Of a stretch of 64,000 bases of DNA, positions 41,993 to 52,133 are shown piece by piece; position 1 is the stretch's first letter, and every line of letters begins with the position of its first letter. The DNA comes from an uncultured bacterium. Lineage in GTDB: Bacteria > Fidelibacterota > Marinisomatia > Marinisomatales > UBA1611. The notes under the pieces were generated by a model, which searched no databases, was not told the DNA's origin, and saw nothing but the letters and a program-made list of their open reading frames with translations. The position numbers were made by a program, and so were the translations under genes. The stretch covers positions 128,001 to 192,000 of the forward strand of contig CBFIBM010000001.1 in the NCBI GenBank assembly GCA_965660855.1. The letters run 5' to 3'.

Positions 41993-42226
41993 ATGAAAAT
42001 TAAACTAGGATATATTTGTATAGGAATTAGCGCATTATTATATATAGTATTATTTGCAGTACCATTTATAGGTTTATTTTCAAACTTTAAAATTATAGCT
42101 GGAACAATATTTTATGTGATGAGTTATATTTTCATGTTTTTAGGCTTTTGGTTATTAGGAAAAGATTTAGCTCGTAAAATCAAAGATAAATTTTTGAATA
42201 TTTTTAGGAAAAAGAAGGAAGAGTGA
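41993..42226 (+). CDS. Small two-TM membrane protein
   Basis: Two hydrophobic helices, LLGKD and a basic tail. Confidence 0.6.
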   Translation: MKIKLGYICIGISALLYIVLFAVPFIGLFSNFKIIAGTIFYVMSYIFMFLGFWLLGKDLARKIKDKFLNIFRKKKEE

Positions 42227-42287
42227 GTTTTAGTTATCTTATTCAAAAACTAGAGAATTTCATTCAAAATATTAAGATATTATTTAA

Positions 42288-43397
42288 ATGGCAAAAAAAA
42301 TTATAATATCAATTATAGGTTTATTAAGTACCTTAATAGTTCTTATTATTGTATTTATTAGTTGTGCTCCTCAATTTGGATCAAATCCAGATAAAATGCA
42401 AAAAGAGTACTTTTCTTTATTTAGCAATTATATGAATGGTGAATTTGTAAACTTAGAAGAAACAGAAATGATGACAGGTGATATGCCTATGTCAGAATTT
42501 TTTAAAAAGGATAGTCTGAGATCACCTTTGTTTGAGTTGCAGACTCAAGAAATAGATCTAAATTCTTTTAAAAGTAAATCTGAAAAATCCATTTCCAAAA
42601 TAGCATGGTTAGGTCATTCTGCATTTATTTTGAACTTGGAGGGTAAAATAATATTATTAGACCCCATGCTTGGGGAATATGCGGCTCCTTTTCCAATACC
42701 ATCCTTAAAAAGATATAGCGAAAAAACACCATTTAAAATAGATGATTTAGGTTCTGTCGATGCTGTTTTAATATCACACGATCATTATGATCACTTAGAC
42801 TATACCACGGTAAAAAATATCAAAAATAATGTTGGTATGTTTTATGTCCCTTTAGGAATTGGTAATCATCTTCAAAAGTGGGGAGTCTCAAAAGAAAAAA
42901 TTATTGAAATGAATTGGGGTGAATCCACGTTATTAAATGATATTGAATTAATTTGTTTACCGGCCAGACATTTTTCTGGAAGAGGACCTTTAAATAGAAA
43001 TTCCACATTATGGTGTTCTTGGGCAATTAAATCTAATACCAGTAAAATTTATTTTAGTGGAGATTCGGGTTTTGGATTTCATCTTTATGAAATTGGTAAA
43101 AAGCATGGTCCATTTGATTTAGCCTTGATTGATTGTGGTCAGTATAATGACGCGTGGAAGTTCTCACACATGTTCCCCGAACAAGGTGTCGAAGCCGCTC
43201 GAGTTTTAAATTCAAAATATTTAATGCCCATTCATTGGGGTGCCTTTACATTAGCGACACACCCATGGAATGAACCAGTTGAGAGGGCACTTATAGAATC
43301 AAATAAGAAAAAACAAAAAATAATTACACCTCAAATTGGACAGGTAATTCATTTAAACAACTTAGATTTAAAATATGAAAATTGGTGGAATTATTAG
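42288..43397 (+). CDS. MBL-fold metallohydrolase (RomA/NAPE-PLD-like)
   Basis: WLGHS, SHDHYDHLD, PARHFSGR and PIHWG motifs. Confidence 0.9.
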   Translation: MAKKIIISIIGLLSTLIVLIIVFISCAPQFGSNPDKMQKEYFSLFSNYMNGEFVNLEETEMMTGDMPMSEFFKKDSLRSPLFELQTQEIDLNSFKSKSEKSISKIAWLGHSAFILNLEGKIILLDPMLGEYAAPFPIPSLKRYSEKTPFKIDDLGSVDAVLISHDHYDHLDYTTVKNIKNNVGMFYVPLGIGNHLQKWGVSKEKIIEMNWGESTLLNDIELICLPARHFSGRGPLNRNSTLWCSWAIKSNTSKIYFSGDSGFGFHLYEIGKKHGPFDLALIDCGQYNDAWKFSHMFPEQGVEAARVLNSKYLMPIHWGAFTLATHPWNEPVERALIESNKKKQKIITPQIGQVIHLNNLDLKYENWWNY

Positions 43398-43484
43398 TAT
43401 CTTTAATTAAATTGCCTATTATTACAGAGCAGATCCTAAATAGACTGCTACTAACGAGAAAAAAGAAAGTTGAGGACTTGATTC

Positions 43485-44183
43485 ATGGAACAGGTACCTA
43501 CAAAGAAAAAACCTTATCTAATTATTGGAGGTGGGAGGCTAGCAAAACACCTAGCTTACTATTTGCAATTATTAGACATTCCATTTAATCAATGGAAGCG
43601 TAAAGATAGATCTAAACTAGAAAAGTTATCTAGCAATTCTAATAAGATCTTACTAGCCATATCTGATGATTCTATCATTCCAGTTGCAAAAAAATTCCCT
43701 GATAAATTGGTTATTCATTTTTCTGGTGTATTAACAACAAAATTTGCAGAAAGCGCTCATCCTCTTTTTACCTTTTCAAATAATTTATACCAGTTAAAAG
43801 AATATCAAAATATTCCATTCATTACTGAAAGAAAAAGAATGAACTTTAAAGAATTATTTCCTGAGTTAATAAATTTATCATATGTGATAGAACAAAGAGA
43901 AAAAGAGCATTATCATGCTTGGGCATCTATGGTCGGAAATTTTTCTTCTTTTCTTATCTCAGAATATAAAAAAGTAATCGCAGGTCTTGACCTTCCTAAA
44001 GAGATACTTGAACCATATCTTTATCAAATTGTTAAAAATTCAATTAATGAAACAGATGCATTAACTGGACCTATTATAAGGGGTGATCAAGAAACTATTG
44101 ATAAGCATTTACAAATTATTGAGATGGATTTTATTCCGATATATAATTCTTTTTTAAAATGTATAAATAATAGAAGAAAATGA
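43485..44183 (+). CDS. Rossmann-like/DUF2520 protein, probable PanG-type ketopantoate reductase
   Basis: IIGGGRLA, IHFSG, HPL.TF, YHA and LTGPI.RGD..TI..H motifs; ATGA-coupled to panB. Confidence 0.7.
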   Translation: MEQVPTKKKPYLIIGGGRLAKHLAYYLQLLDIPFNQWKRKDRSKLEKLSSNSNKILLAISDDSIIPVAKKFPDKLVIHFSGVLTTKFAESAHPLFTFSNNLYQLKEYQNIPFITERKRMNFKELFPELINLSYVIEQREKEHYHAWASMVGNFSSFLISEYKKVIAGLDLPKEILEPYLYQIVKNSINETDALTGPIIRGDQETIDKHLQIIEMDFIPIYNSFLKCINNRRK

Positions 44184-44971
44184 AAAGTATTCAAAGTTTT
44201 AAAAAAATAAAATTAAAAGATTCTAAGCTGACTATGATAACTTGTTATGATTACAGCTTTGCAAAAATTATTGCCGACTCCAATATAGATATGGTTTTGG
44301 TAGGAGATAGTGCAGCTATGGTAATGGCTGGATTTAAGAATACAATTCCTGCTACAATCGAAATGATGGAATACCATATTAGCTCTGTTGCTCGTGCTTT
44401 AAAAGGAAAATTTTTAGTTGGTGATATGCCATTTTTAGAGCATCGTAAAAATAAAAAACAAACAATGAATTCAATTGATATTTTGATGAAAGCAGGTGCG
44501 AACGCAATTAAAATTGAGGGAGGTCAAAATCATACCAAAATTATAAAATATATTGTGGATTCTGGCGTCCCCATAATGGGGCACCTTGGTCTGACTCCTC
44601 AATCAGTTAATGCTCTAGGTGGATGGAAATTACAAGGAAATTCAAAAATAGAAGCTGAAAAAATATATGAAGACGCTTTGCAATTAGAAAGATCAGGAGT
44701 CTTTGCAATTGTTTTAGAAATGATTCCTGAAAAACTTGCGAAAAAGATAACAGATGATCTTCAAATCCCAACAATTGGTATCGGTGCAGGTGCATATACT
44801 TCTGGACAAGTGTTAGTTCTTCAAGATTTATTAGGAATGAGTAATAAATTTAATCCATCATTTGTTAGAAAATACTTTAATGGATATGATGTGATAAGAA
44901 AAGCTCTTAATAGCTTTGATGATGATGTGAAAAAAGGTTCTTTTCCAGGAAATGAGGAAATTATCAAATGA
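44180..44971 (+). CDS. panB: 3-methyl-2-oxobutanoate hydroxymethyltransferase
   Basis: LVGDS, GDMPF, KIEGG, GHLGLTPQS and PTIGIGAG motifs. Confidence 0.96.
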   Translation: MKSIQSFKKIKLKDSKLTMITCYDYSFAKIIADSNIDMVLVGDSAAMVMAGFKNTIPATIEMMEYHISSVARALKGKFLVGDMPFLEHRKNKKQTMNSIDILMKAGANAIKIEGGQNHTKIIKYIVDSGVPIMGHLGLTPQSVNALGGWKLQGNSKIEAEKIYEDALQLERSGVFAIVLEMIPEKLAKKITDDLQIPTIGIGAGAYTSGQVLVLQDLLGMSNKFNPSFVRKYFNGYDVIRKALNSFDDDVKKGSFPGNEEIIK

Positions 44972-45726
44972 GATTATTCAAAAATCTCAAAGATTGGGTA
45001 GACTTTAGAAGTCAAATTAATGGTTCTTTATATATTGGTTTTGTTCCAACAATGGGTTCCCTACATAAAGGACATATTTCTTTAATTAAAAGATCTACAA
45101 AGGAGAATAGGTATACAGTTGTTAGTATATTTATTAATCCCACTCAGTTTGATAATAAGAATGATTTAAAAAAATATCCAAGTAATATCAAAAATGATCT
45201 TAAAATTTTAGAATCAATTGGTGTTGAATATGTAATCCTTCCAACAGAAAAAGAAATGTATAAAAATGGTTATAATTATCGTATTTCTGAACATAGTTAC
45301 AGTTTACAAATGGAAGGACTATCAAGAGAGGGCCATTTTGAAGGGGTTTTGACTGTTGTGATGAAACTATTGAATATTGTTCAACCTCATAGAACTTATT
45401 TTGGAGAAAAAGATTATCAGCAATTCGAACTTATTGAAAGCATGTGTAAGTCTTTTTTTATGAATATTAATATAATTTCCTGTAAAACTATCAGAGAAAA
45501 GGATGGTCTTGCATTTTCTTCAAGAAACTTATTATTGAATGATAATGAAAGAGATATTGCACCAAATTTTTATAAAACATTAGTTTCAAAAAAGAGCGTT
45601 GAAGAAATGACACAAGATTTAGAAAATTTTGGGTTCATTGTAGAATATATTGAGAAAAAAAATAATAGAATTTTTGGTGCAGTAAAACTAGGAAAAGTAA
45701 GATTGATTGATAATGAAACACTCTAA
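44968..45726 (+). CDS. panC: Pantoate-beta-alanine ligase
   Basis: FVPTMGSLHKGH, FINPTQF, FGEKDYQQ, GLA.SSRN and RLIDN motifs. Confidence 0.95.
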   Translation: MRLFKNLKDWVDFRSQINGSLYIGFVPTMGSLHKGHISLIKRSTKENRYTVVSIFINPTQFDNKNDLKKYPSNIKNDLKILESIGVEYVILPTEKEMYKNGYNYRISEHSYSLQMEGLSREGHFEGVLTVVMKLLNIVQPHRTYFGEKDYQQFELIESMCKSFFMNINIISCKTIREKDGLAFSSRNLLLNDNERDIAPNFYKTLVSKKSVEEMTQDLENFGFIVEYIEKKNNRIFGAVKLGKVRLIDNETL

Positions 45727-46903
45727 ATTATTATTTTCTATCAGTGGATCAATTGCTTCTTATAAAGCAGCAGATACAATTTCTAAGTTAGTTCAAAAAG
45801 GGTATGAAATTCAGGTTGTTGCAACAAAATCTGCTTTGAAATTTATTGGTTCAGCTACTTTAGAAGGACTAACTGGTAAAAAAGTGATGACAGATATTTT
45901 TAAAAATGGTAAAATGATGTCACACATTGATTTAGTTAAATGGGCTGATATTATGATATTAGCTCCTGCAACAGCATCAACAATTAATTCCATGCGTAGC
46001 GGTTTAGGAGATAACTTAGTATTATCGCTGTTCCTAGCACATGACTGGGGAAAACCGTATATAATTGCTCCTGCAATGAATACAAAAATGTGGATGCATC
46101 CTGCAACACAAAGTTCATTAAGAAAATTAATTGAATGGGGTGTGAATGTCTTAGAACCAAATACTGGCGATCTTGCTTGTGGTGATTATGGTCCTGGTAG
46201 AATGGTTGAACCAGTACAAATTATTCATTTTCTAGAAAACAATGTTAAAATGAAAAATAAGATCTCAGTACTTGTAACATCTGGAGGAACAAAAGAACCT
46301 ATTGATGGCGTTCGTTATATATCAAATATTAGTACGGGTAATACTGCATCATCTATAGCTAACTACTTTATAAGCTCCGGGCACAATCTTACATATTTGG
46401 CATCAGATGATGCCAAAGTTCCTAAAGGAAAATTTAAAAAAGTAATTTTTAATTCGTATTATGATTTGGAAGAAAAATTATTTTCATCAGTTGTTGAACA
46501 GAAATTTGATATTTTAATTCATGCAGCAGCAGTGAGTGATTATATTCCAAAAAATATAGACAAGAGTATAAAGATAGACTCACAAAAACAAAACATTTCG
46601 ATTGATTTTAAGAAAACACCTAAAATGGTTAATAGTATAAAAGCGAAAAGCAAAAATAAAAATATCAAATTAGTAGCATTTAAACTGACAGCAGATCAAG
46701 ATGAAGAAAAAAGGATAAAAAAAATAAAAAACTTGTTTCAACAATCAAATGCTGATTTAATCGTACAAAATGACATATCAAAGAGAATTGGAAATGTTCA
46801 AACTGGTTATAATATTTACAATTTAAAATCTAAAGTCTTCAGCACCTCAAATTCTAAAGAATTAGGTGAGAAAATATTAAATGAAATAAAAAGTGTTTTG
46901 TAA
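45707..46903 (+). CDS. coaBC: Bifunctional phosphopantothenoylcysteine decarboxylase/ligase
   Basis: GSIASYK, APAMN..MW, LACGDYG.GRM, GGTKEPIDGVR and AAVSDY motifs. Confidence 0.93.
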   Translation: MIMKHSKLLFSISGSIASYKAADTISKLVQKGYEIQVVATKSALKFIGSATLEGLTGKKVMTDIFKNGKMMSHIDLVKWADIMILAPATASTINSMRSGLGDNLVLSLFLAHDWGKPYIIAPAMNTKMWMHPATQSSLRKLIEWGVNVLEPNTGDLACGDYGPGRMVEPVQIIHFLENNVKMKNKISVLVTSGGTKEPIDGVRYISNISTGNTASSIANYFISSGHNLTYLASDDAKVPKGKFKKVIFNSYYDLEEKLFSSVVEQKFDILIHAAAVSDYIPKNIDKSIKIDSQKQNISIDFKKTPKMVNSIKAKSKNKNIKLVAFKLTADQDEEKRIKKIKNLFQQSNADLIVQNDISKRIGNVQTGYNIYNLKSKVFSTSNSKELGEKILNEIKSVL

Positions 46904-47670
46904 TGATATTGTGTATTGACATTGGTAATACATCTATTCATGGAGGTGTTTTTCATGATGGAAAACTGATTTTACAATTTAGAAAAACATCAGCTTTTAG
47001 AGGCTCTTCAGATGAAATAGGAATATTTTTAAGGTCAGTTTTAAAAGAAAATAAAATTGAACATAAAAATATCAGACAGGTCAGTCTATGCTCTGTTGTA
47101 CCCGATGCAATTCATTCACTACGAAATGCTTGTTTAAAATATTTCAATACAGCTCCTTTCGAATTAGGACCAGGTTCAAAAACAGGGTTACAAATCAATT
47201 ATAGAAACCCATCTGAAGTTGGGGCTGATCGAATTGCAAATGCCCTAGCCGCAATGAAACGATTTCCAGGTAAAAATTTAATAATAATTGATTTTGGAAC
47301 CGCTACAACTTTTGATGTGGTGTCAAAAAACAAGGTCTATAAAGGTGGTACTATTTTCCCAGGTATACAAATATCTATGGAAGCACTAGAACAAAAAGCA
47401 GCTAAGCTACAACCAGTTGAAATCATTAAAAGGCATAAGGCTGTTGGGAGATCAACAATCGGTAGTATTCAATCTGGTTTGTATTACGGACAAATGGGAA
47501 TGGTAAAAGAATTGATTAAGCATATAACTAAAGAAGAATTTTTAAATATTAGGCCTACTGTTGTTGCAACTGGAGGATTCTCAAATCTTTACAGGGATGA
47601 TAACCTTTTTGATATAATTGTTCCAGAACTTGTTTTGGAGGGAATTCACATTGCAATAAATATGAATTAA
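46903..47670 (+). CDS. coaX: Type III pantothenate kinase
   Basis: IDIGNT, GADRI, DFGTATT and ATGG motifs. Confidence 0.95.
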   Translation: MILCIDIGNTSIHGGVFHDGKLILQFRKTSAFRGSSDEIGIFLRSVLKENKIEHKNIRQVSLCSVVPDAIHSLRNACLKYFNTAPFELGPGSKTGLQINYRNPSEVGADRIANALAAMKRFPGKNLIIIDFGTATTFDVVSKNKVYKGGTIFPGIQISMEALEQKAAKLQPVEIIKRHKAVGRSTIGSIQSGLYYGQMGMVKELIKHITKEEFLNIRPTVVATGGFSNLYRDDNLFDIIVPELVLEGIHIAINMN

Positions 47671-47788
47671 AAATAAAAATAATTGTTTTTCAATATGGAT
47701 TTATAATACTGTTTTTTTTATTTTCCCAGGCTGTATTTATTTACATATCAATAAACTAAGATTAAAACTATTATACTAGGAGTAAAAA

Positions 47789-49654
47789 TTGTCTCAACAG
47801 CCATTTCAAACTGAAGTTAGTCAGCTTTTAAAGTTAATAATCCATTCCCTATATTCTCATAAAGAGATTTATTTGAGAGAATTAATCTCAAACTCATCAG
47901 ATGCTATAGATAAACTTCGTTACTTAACCTTAACAAAAGATGATTACAAACAGATTTCATTTGAGCCAAAAATTAGTATTGAATTCGTAGAAGGCGATGA
48001 ACCAACTATGACAATCACAGATACTGGAATTGGTATGTCAAAAAAAGATTTAGAGGATAATCTAGGAACAATAGCTAAATCAGGAACAAAAAATTTCTTA
48101 TCAAAACTTTCCGGTGATGCTAAAAAAGATTCTCAATTAATTGGTCAATTTGGAGTTGGTTTTTACTCAAGTTTCATGGTTGCAAAAAAAGTCGATGTAA
48201 CTAGTTTAAAGGCAGGAAATAAAGAAGCGTGGATGTGGACAAGTGATGGTGAAACTGGGTTTGAAATTAAAAAGGCAGTTAAAAAAGATTTTGGAACTTC
48301 GATTAAATTGTATTTAAATGATGAAGGAAAAGAGTTTGCTAGTAGATGGAGATTAGAAGGTCTAGTTAAAAAATATTCAGATCATATTGATGCCCCAATT
48401 ATGCTTACCTATGAGGATACTGAATATGATGATGAGGGCAAAGAAAAAAGCAAAGAAACAAAGACAACACAAATAAATGATGCCAAAGCTTTCTGGACTC
48501 GATCTAAAAATGAATTAAAGAAAAAAGATTACAATGAATTTTACAAATCGTTATCAAATGATGTTTCAGATCCGCTTGACTATGTACACTTTAGAGCGGA
48601 AGGTAATTTGGAGTTTACTATTTTATTTTTCATTCCTAAAAATGCATCTCCTGACATTTATAGGGCAGATTATAAATCTGGGGTGAAATTATATGTAAAT
48701 AGAGTTTTTATAACTGAAGATGATAAAGAACTCTTACCTAGTTGGTTGCGTTTTGTGAAAGGTATTATCGACTCTTCTGACTTGCCATTAAATGTAAGCA
48801 GGGAAATCCTTCAACAAAATCGAGTAATGGCAAAAATTCGATCTAATTCTGTAAAAAAGATTCTTGATAAACTAAAAACAGTTTCTACAAAAAAAGAAAA
48901 ATACGCCGAGTTTTTTGAACAGTATGGAAGATTGATTAAAGAGGGTGTTTATCAAGATTTTGAACATAAGGACGCACTTACTGAATTATTGAGATTTAAA
49001 TCGACGAAAGAAGATGGTCTTACCTCATTACGTGAATATGTAGGAAGAATGAGAGAGGATCAGAAATCAATCTATTATATAACTGGACAAAATGAGATTT
49101 CGCTTAAAAACTCTCCATTACTAGAAATTTATAAACAGAAAGATATAGAAGTCCTAATTCTAGATGATGAAATCGATGAAATTATTATAACATCTGTTCC
49201 AAAATATGATGAAAAAGATTTGAAGTCTGTTAAAAGAAGTGGTGCAGCTGAAGACTTTTCTGAAAATAAGGATGCTGATAATGGAAAAGAATTATCATCA
49301 GTAGTTAAAAAATTAAAGAAAGTTTTAGGAGATAATGTTAAAGATGTTAAAATATCAAACAGATTAAGCGATTCTCCATCTTGCGTTGTTGCAGATGAGA
49401 ACGATCCTACGGCACAAATGCAAGAGATAATGCGATCTATGGGGCAAGCCGATATGCCACAGGTTAAACCAATTCTTGAAATCAACCCTGAGCACATAAT
49501 TGTTAAAAAATTAAAAGATATGACAAAAAAGAAAGCTTTTGATGATATCGCTTTTCTGCTTTTTGAACAAGCTTTGATACAAGAAGGTGTTAAATTAGAA
49601 GATCCTTCTGGCTTTGTGGAAAGGTTAAATAAGGCAATTTCAGGTAAGCTATAA
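47789..49654 (+). CDS. htpG: Chaperone HtpG (Hsp90)
   Basis: LRELISN.SDA, DTGIGM, IGQFGVGFYS and DLPLNVSRE motifs; GGAG RBS, TTG start. Confidence 0.97.
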   Translation: MSQQPFQTEVSQLLKLIIHSLYSHKEIYLRELISNSSDAIDKLRYLTLTKDDYKQISFEPKISIEFVEGDEPTMTITDTGIGMSKKDLEDNLGTIAKSGTKNFLSKLSGDAKKDSQLIGQFGVGFYSSFMVAKKVDVTSLKAGNKEAWMWTSDGETGFEIKKAVKKDFGTSIKLYLNDEGKEFASRWRLEGLVKKYSDHIDAPIMLTYEDTEYDDEGKEKSKETKTTQINDAKAFWTRSKNELKKKDYNEFYKSLSNDVSDPLDYVHFRAEGNLEFTILFFIPKNASPDIYRADYKSGVKLYVNRVFITEDDKELLPSWLRFVKGIIDSSDLPLNVSREILQQNRVMAKIRSNSVKKILDKLKTVSTKKEKYAEFFEQYGRLIKEGVYQDFEHKDALTELLRFKSTKEDGLTSLREYVGRMREDQKSIYYITGQNEISLKNSPLLEIYKQKDIEVLILDDEIDEIIITSVPKYDEKDLKSVKRSGAAEDFSENKDADNGKELSSVVKKLKKVLGDNVKDVKISNRLSDSPSCVVADENDPTAQMQEIMRSMGQADMPQVKPILEINPEHIIVKKLKDMTKKKAFDDIAFLLFEQALIQEGVKLEDPSGFVERLNKAISGKL

Positions 49655-49681
49655 ATTATTGATCTAACTTAGGTACATATT

Positions 49682-50455
49682 ATGATAACAATTTTATCTC
49701 CAGCAAAAAAAATATCTAAAGATTGCTCTGCAGTTACCAAAAGTTATCATGTACCTGAGTTTTTAGATAATTCTAAGGTTTTAGTAGATAGTCTAAAAAC
49801 CTTAGATCCGTTAGATTATATGTCATTGATGAGTATTAGTGAGCCATTAGCAAAATTAAACTGGGAACGTATGCAGCAATGGACTTCCAATTTTAATTCA
49901 CATAATTCAAGAGAAGCAATCTACTCATTTAACGGAGACACATATTCTGGATTTGATGTTGATTCATTAAGTAATAAAGATATACAATTTGCAGATTCAA
50001 ATGTTAGAATATTATCTGGGCTTTATGGTCTTTTAAAGCCTCTAGATCTGATAATGCCATATAGATTAGAGATGGGAACAAAATTTGAAAATATTAAAGG
50101 TGAAAATTTATATGAATATTGGGGAAGTTTATTAGGAGAAAAAATTTGTAAAGAGTTAGAATCTCATAAATCTCAAATTATAATAAACTGTGCTTCTATT
50201 GAATATTTTAAATCTGTGAAATTAGAAGCAGATAGAATAAAAGTAATTACTCCTCAATTTAAAGATTGGAAAAATGGTAAATTAAAAATAATATCTTTTT
50301 ATGCAAAAAAAGCAAGAGGGATGATGGCAAGATTTATCGTTAAAAATAAAATTGAAAATAAAAATGATATTTTAAAATTCAATTTAGGAGGTTACAAATA
50401 TCAACCTTCTTTGTCATCACCATTAGACCCTGTTTTTACCAGAAACCAAGCCTAA
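49682..50455 (+). CDS. yaaA: Peroxide stress protein YaaA
   Basis: LSPAK, ILSGLYGLL.PLD...PYRLEMG and AKKARG.MAR motifs. Confidence 0.93.
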   Translation: MITILSPAKKISKDCSAVTKSYHVPEFLDNSKVLVDSLKTLDPLDYMSLMSISEPLAKLNWERMQQWTSNFNSHNSREAIYSFNGDTYSGFDVDSLSNKDIQFADSNVRILSGLYGLLKPLDLIMPYRLEMGTKFENIKGENLYEYWGSLLGEKICKELESHKSQIIINCASIEYFKSVKLEADRIKVITPQFKDWKNGKLKIISFYAKKARGMMARFIVKNKIENKNDILKFNLGGYKYQPSLSSPLDPVFTRNQA

Positions 50456-50465
50456 AATTATAGTA

Positions 50466-50984
50466 TTGAAAAACATACTTTTAATTTTTTTCATATTTTT
50501 ATCACTGATAAATGCAGAATCGACATTCGATAAATTTAAGCATGAGGAAATTATTAAAGTAATTTTAACTGATTATTTTAAGAATGTGGATGAAAAGAAT
50601 ATTGAAGGTATACTAGATCATTTAACGTCTGAGCTTATCATGAATTTTGGTTCAGATGGAGTTACTCGTATTAAATCGAAAACAGAATTTTACCCTATTT
50701 TTGAATCCTGGAGCAAATCTAGTAAGGGTCAATTTAGTTTTACAAGGATTGATTCTATTAACATTCAAGAAACTCATATTGTAAAAAATTATACTGCTGT
50801 AGCAGATGTTACATATACTAGAATGGATAAAAATGGAAATCCTATCCGAACAGAAAGGTCTTTATATCACTTTGTGCGTGGTACAGGCTATTACGGTAAG
50901 CCATTGAAATTCATTTGGGAAGTGATGATAAAATGGCTAAGGCCTTGGAAGATTTATATGATTTCCAATATAGCATTAGATTGA
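50466..50984 (+). CDS. Secreted NTF2/SnoaL-like protein, copy 1
   Basis: Signal peptide; DYF..VDEKN.E...; DVTY.R...RSLY.FV...WKIYM. Clear paralog of 51644..52114. Confidence 0.65.
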   Translation: MKNILLIFFIFLSLINAESTFDKFKHEEIIKVILTDYFKNVDEKNIEGILDHLTSELIMNFGSDGVTRIKSKTEFYPIFESWSKSSKGQFSFTRIDSINIQETHIVKNYTAVADVTYTRMDKNGNPIRTERSLYHFVRGTGYYGKPLKFIWEVMIKWLRPWKIYMISNIALD

Positions 50985-50991
50985 AAACATT

Positions 50992-51567
50992 TTAAAAATC
51001 TATTTTAAGAGCCCTATCTTCATTATTAATGTTATCTTTTTTAATATATGAAAAAGATTTATGCTTGATTTGTTCCTTATCAAAATATTCTGTTAATTTT
51101 CTTAAATATAAGTCCTCCATTCCTTCTTCGTATCCAGATTCTTTGTGAATTATTTTACCTTGTTTATCTATTAATAAAAAAGTTGGGTAACCTATAACTT
51201 TAAACTGTTTTGCAATTTTTGAAGAAGGGTCAACAGCAACATCAAACTTATATTTTCTCTTTTTTATATATGGCCTGACTTGATTAATGATATTAGGTTT
51301 ATTAACATTTACAGCAAGAACTGTTAATCCTGCATCTTTAAATTCTTTATTTAGCTGATTTAAATAGCCTAACTGGCGTTCACAATATGTTCACCATGTA
51401 GTCCAAAAATTAATAATCATCGGACCATCTGAATGAAAATCAGAAAGCTTTGCGTACTCTCCATCTACCATTCGAATTCTGGAGTTTCCAATCTTTTTTC
51501 CTTGAAGGATTATTGGTGAGAGGAGGTAGGATAGAAGTAGTATGGGTATAAATAACTTATTTTTCAT
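50992..51567 (-). CDS. Exported TlpA/thioredoxin-fold selenoprotein, copy 1 (UxxC; Sec at codon 59)
   Basis: Not in the ORF track. ATG 51567, signal/anchor, GPMIINFWTTW-TGA(51391-51393)-TYCERQLGYL...VLAVNV...GYPTFLLIDKQGKI, TAA at 50992; 191 aa with readthrough. Confidence 0.88.
51361..51390 (-). promoter_or_regulatory. Candidate bacterial SECIS hairpin, copy 1
   Basis: UGAA-C-GCC-[AGUUA]-GGC-UA-UUUA; the loop starts 16 nt after the UGA and has G at loop position 2. Confidence 0.7.
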
Positions 51568-51643
51568 GTACCTAATTTTATGATAATCAAATGTAAATAT
51601 TAAATAAAATTTTCCAAATTTTTTTCTTAAATTGGATTAAAAA

Positions 51644-52114
51644 TTGAACCTTATGAAAACTCATATTATATTATTTTTAACTTTTTGCATTAATCATAAT
51701 TTTATTTTTGGAATTGATAAACCGAAGGATGATAAAAAAATTATCAGTTCATCCCTTATAGATTATTTTTCTAAAGTTGACGAAAAAAATCTTGAAAGCA
51801 TGTTAAATTATATTGAATTACCTTTTATTTTAAACTTTGAATCAAAAGAACCACTCCATCTAAAAAATGAAGACGAATTCTTTGAGGTATTTGAACTTTG
51901 GAGCAAGTCTGAGAAAGCAAATTTCTTAAAAACTGTATTAGATTCTGTATCTTACACTGAAATTCATAAGGATTTTATGTGGGTTGGGGATGTTACCTAC
52001 TCTAGAGTAAATATAAAAAGTGGGATTAAAGAGACAAATAGATCACTTTATTATTTTGTGAAGAAGAAACATGACTGGAAGATTTATATGGTAAGCAGTG
52101 TTGATTTTGATTAA
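51644..52114 (+). CDS. Secreted NTF2/SnoaL-like protein, copy 2
   Basis: DYFSKVDEKNLE...FELWSKS.K..F...DS...DVTYSR...RSLYYFV...WKIYM. Start may be ATG 51653. Confidence 0.65.
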   Translation: MNLMKTHIILFLTFCINHNFIFGIDKPKDDKKIISSSLIDYFSKVDEKNLESMLNYIELPFILNFESKEPLHLKNEDEFFEVFELWSKSEKANFLKTVLDSVSYTEIHKDFMWVGDVTYSRVNIKSGIKETNRSLYYFVKKKHDWKIYMVSSVDFD

Positions 52115-52133
52115 AAAATAATTAGTAGTGTTT

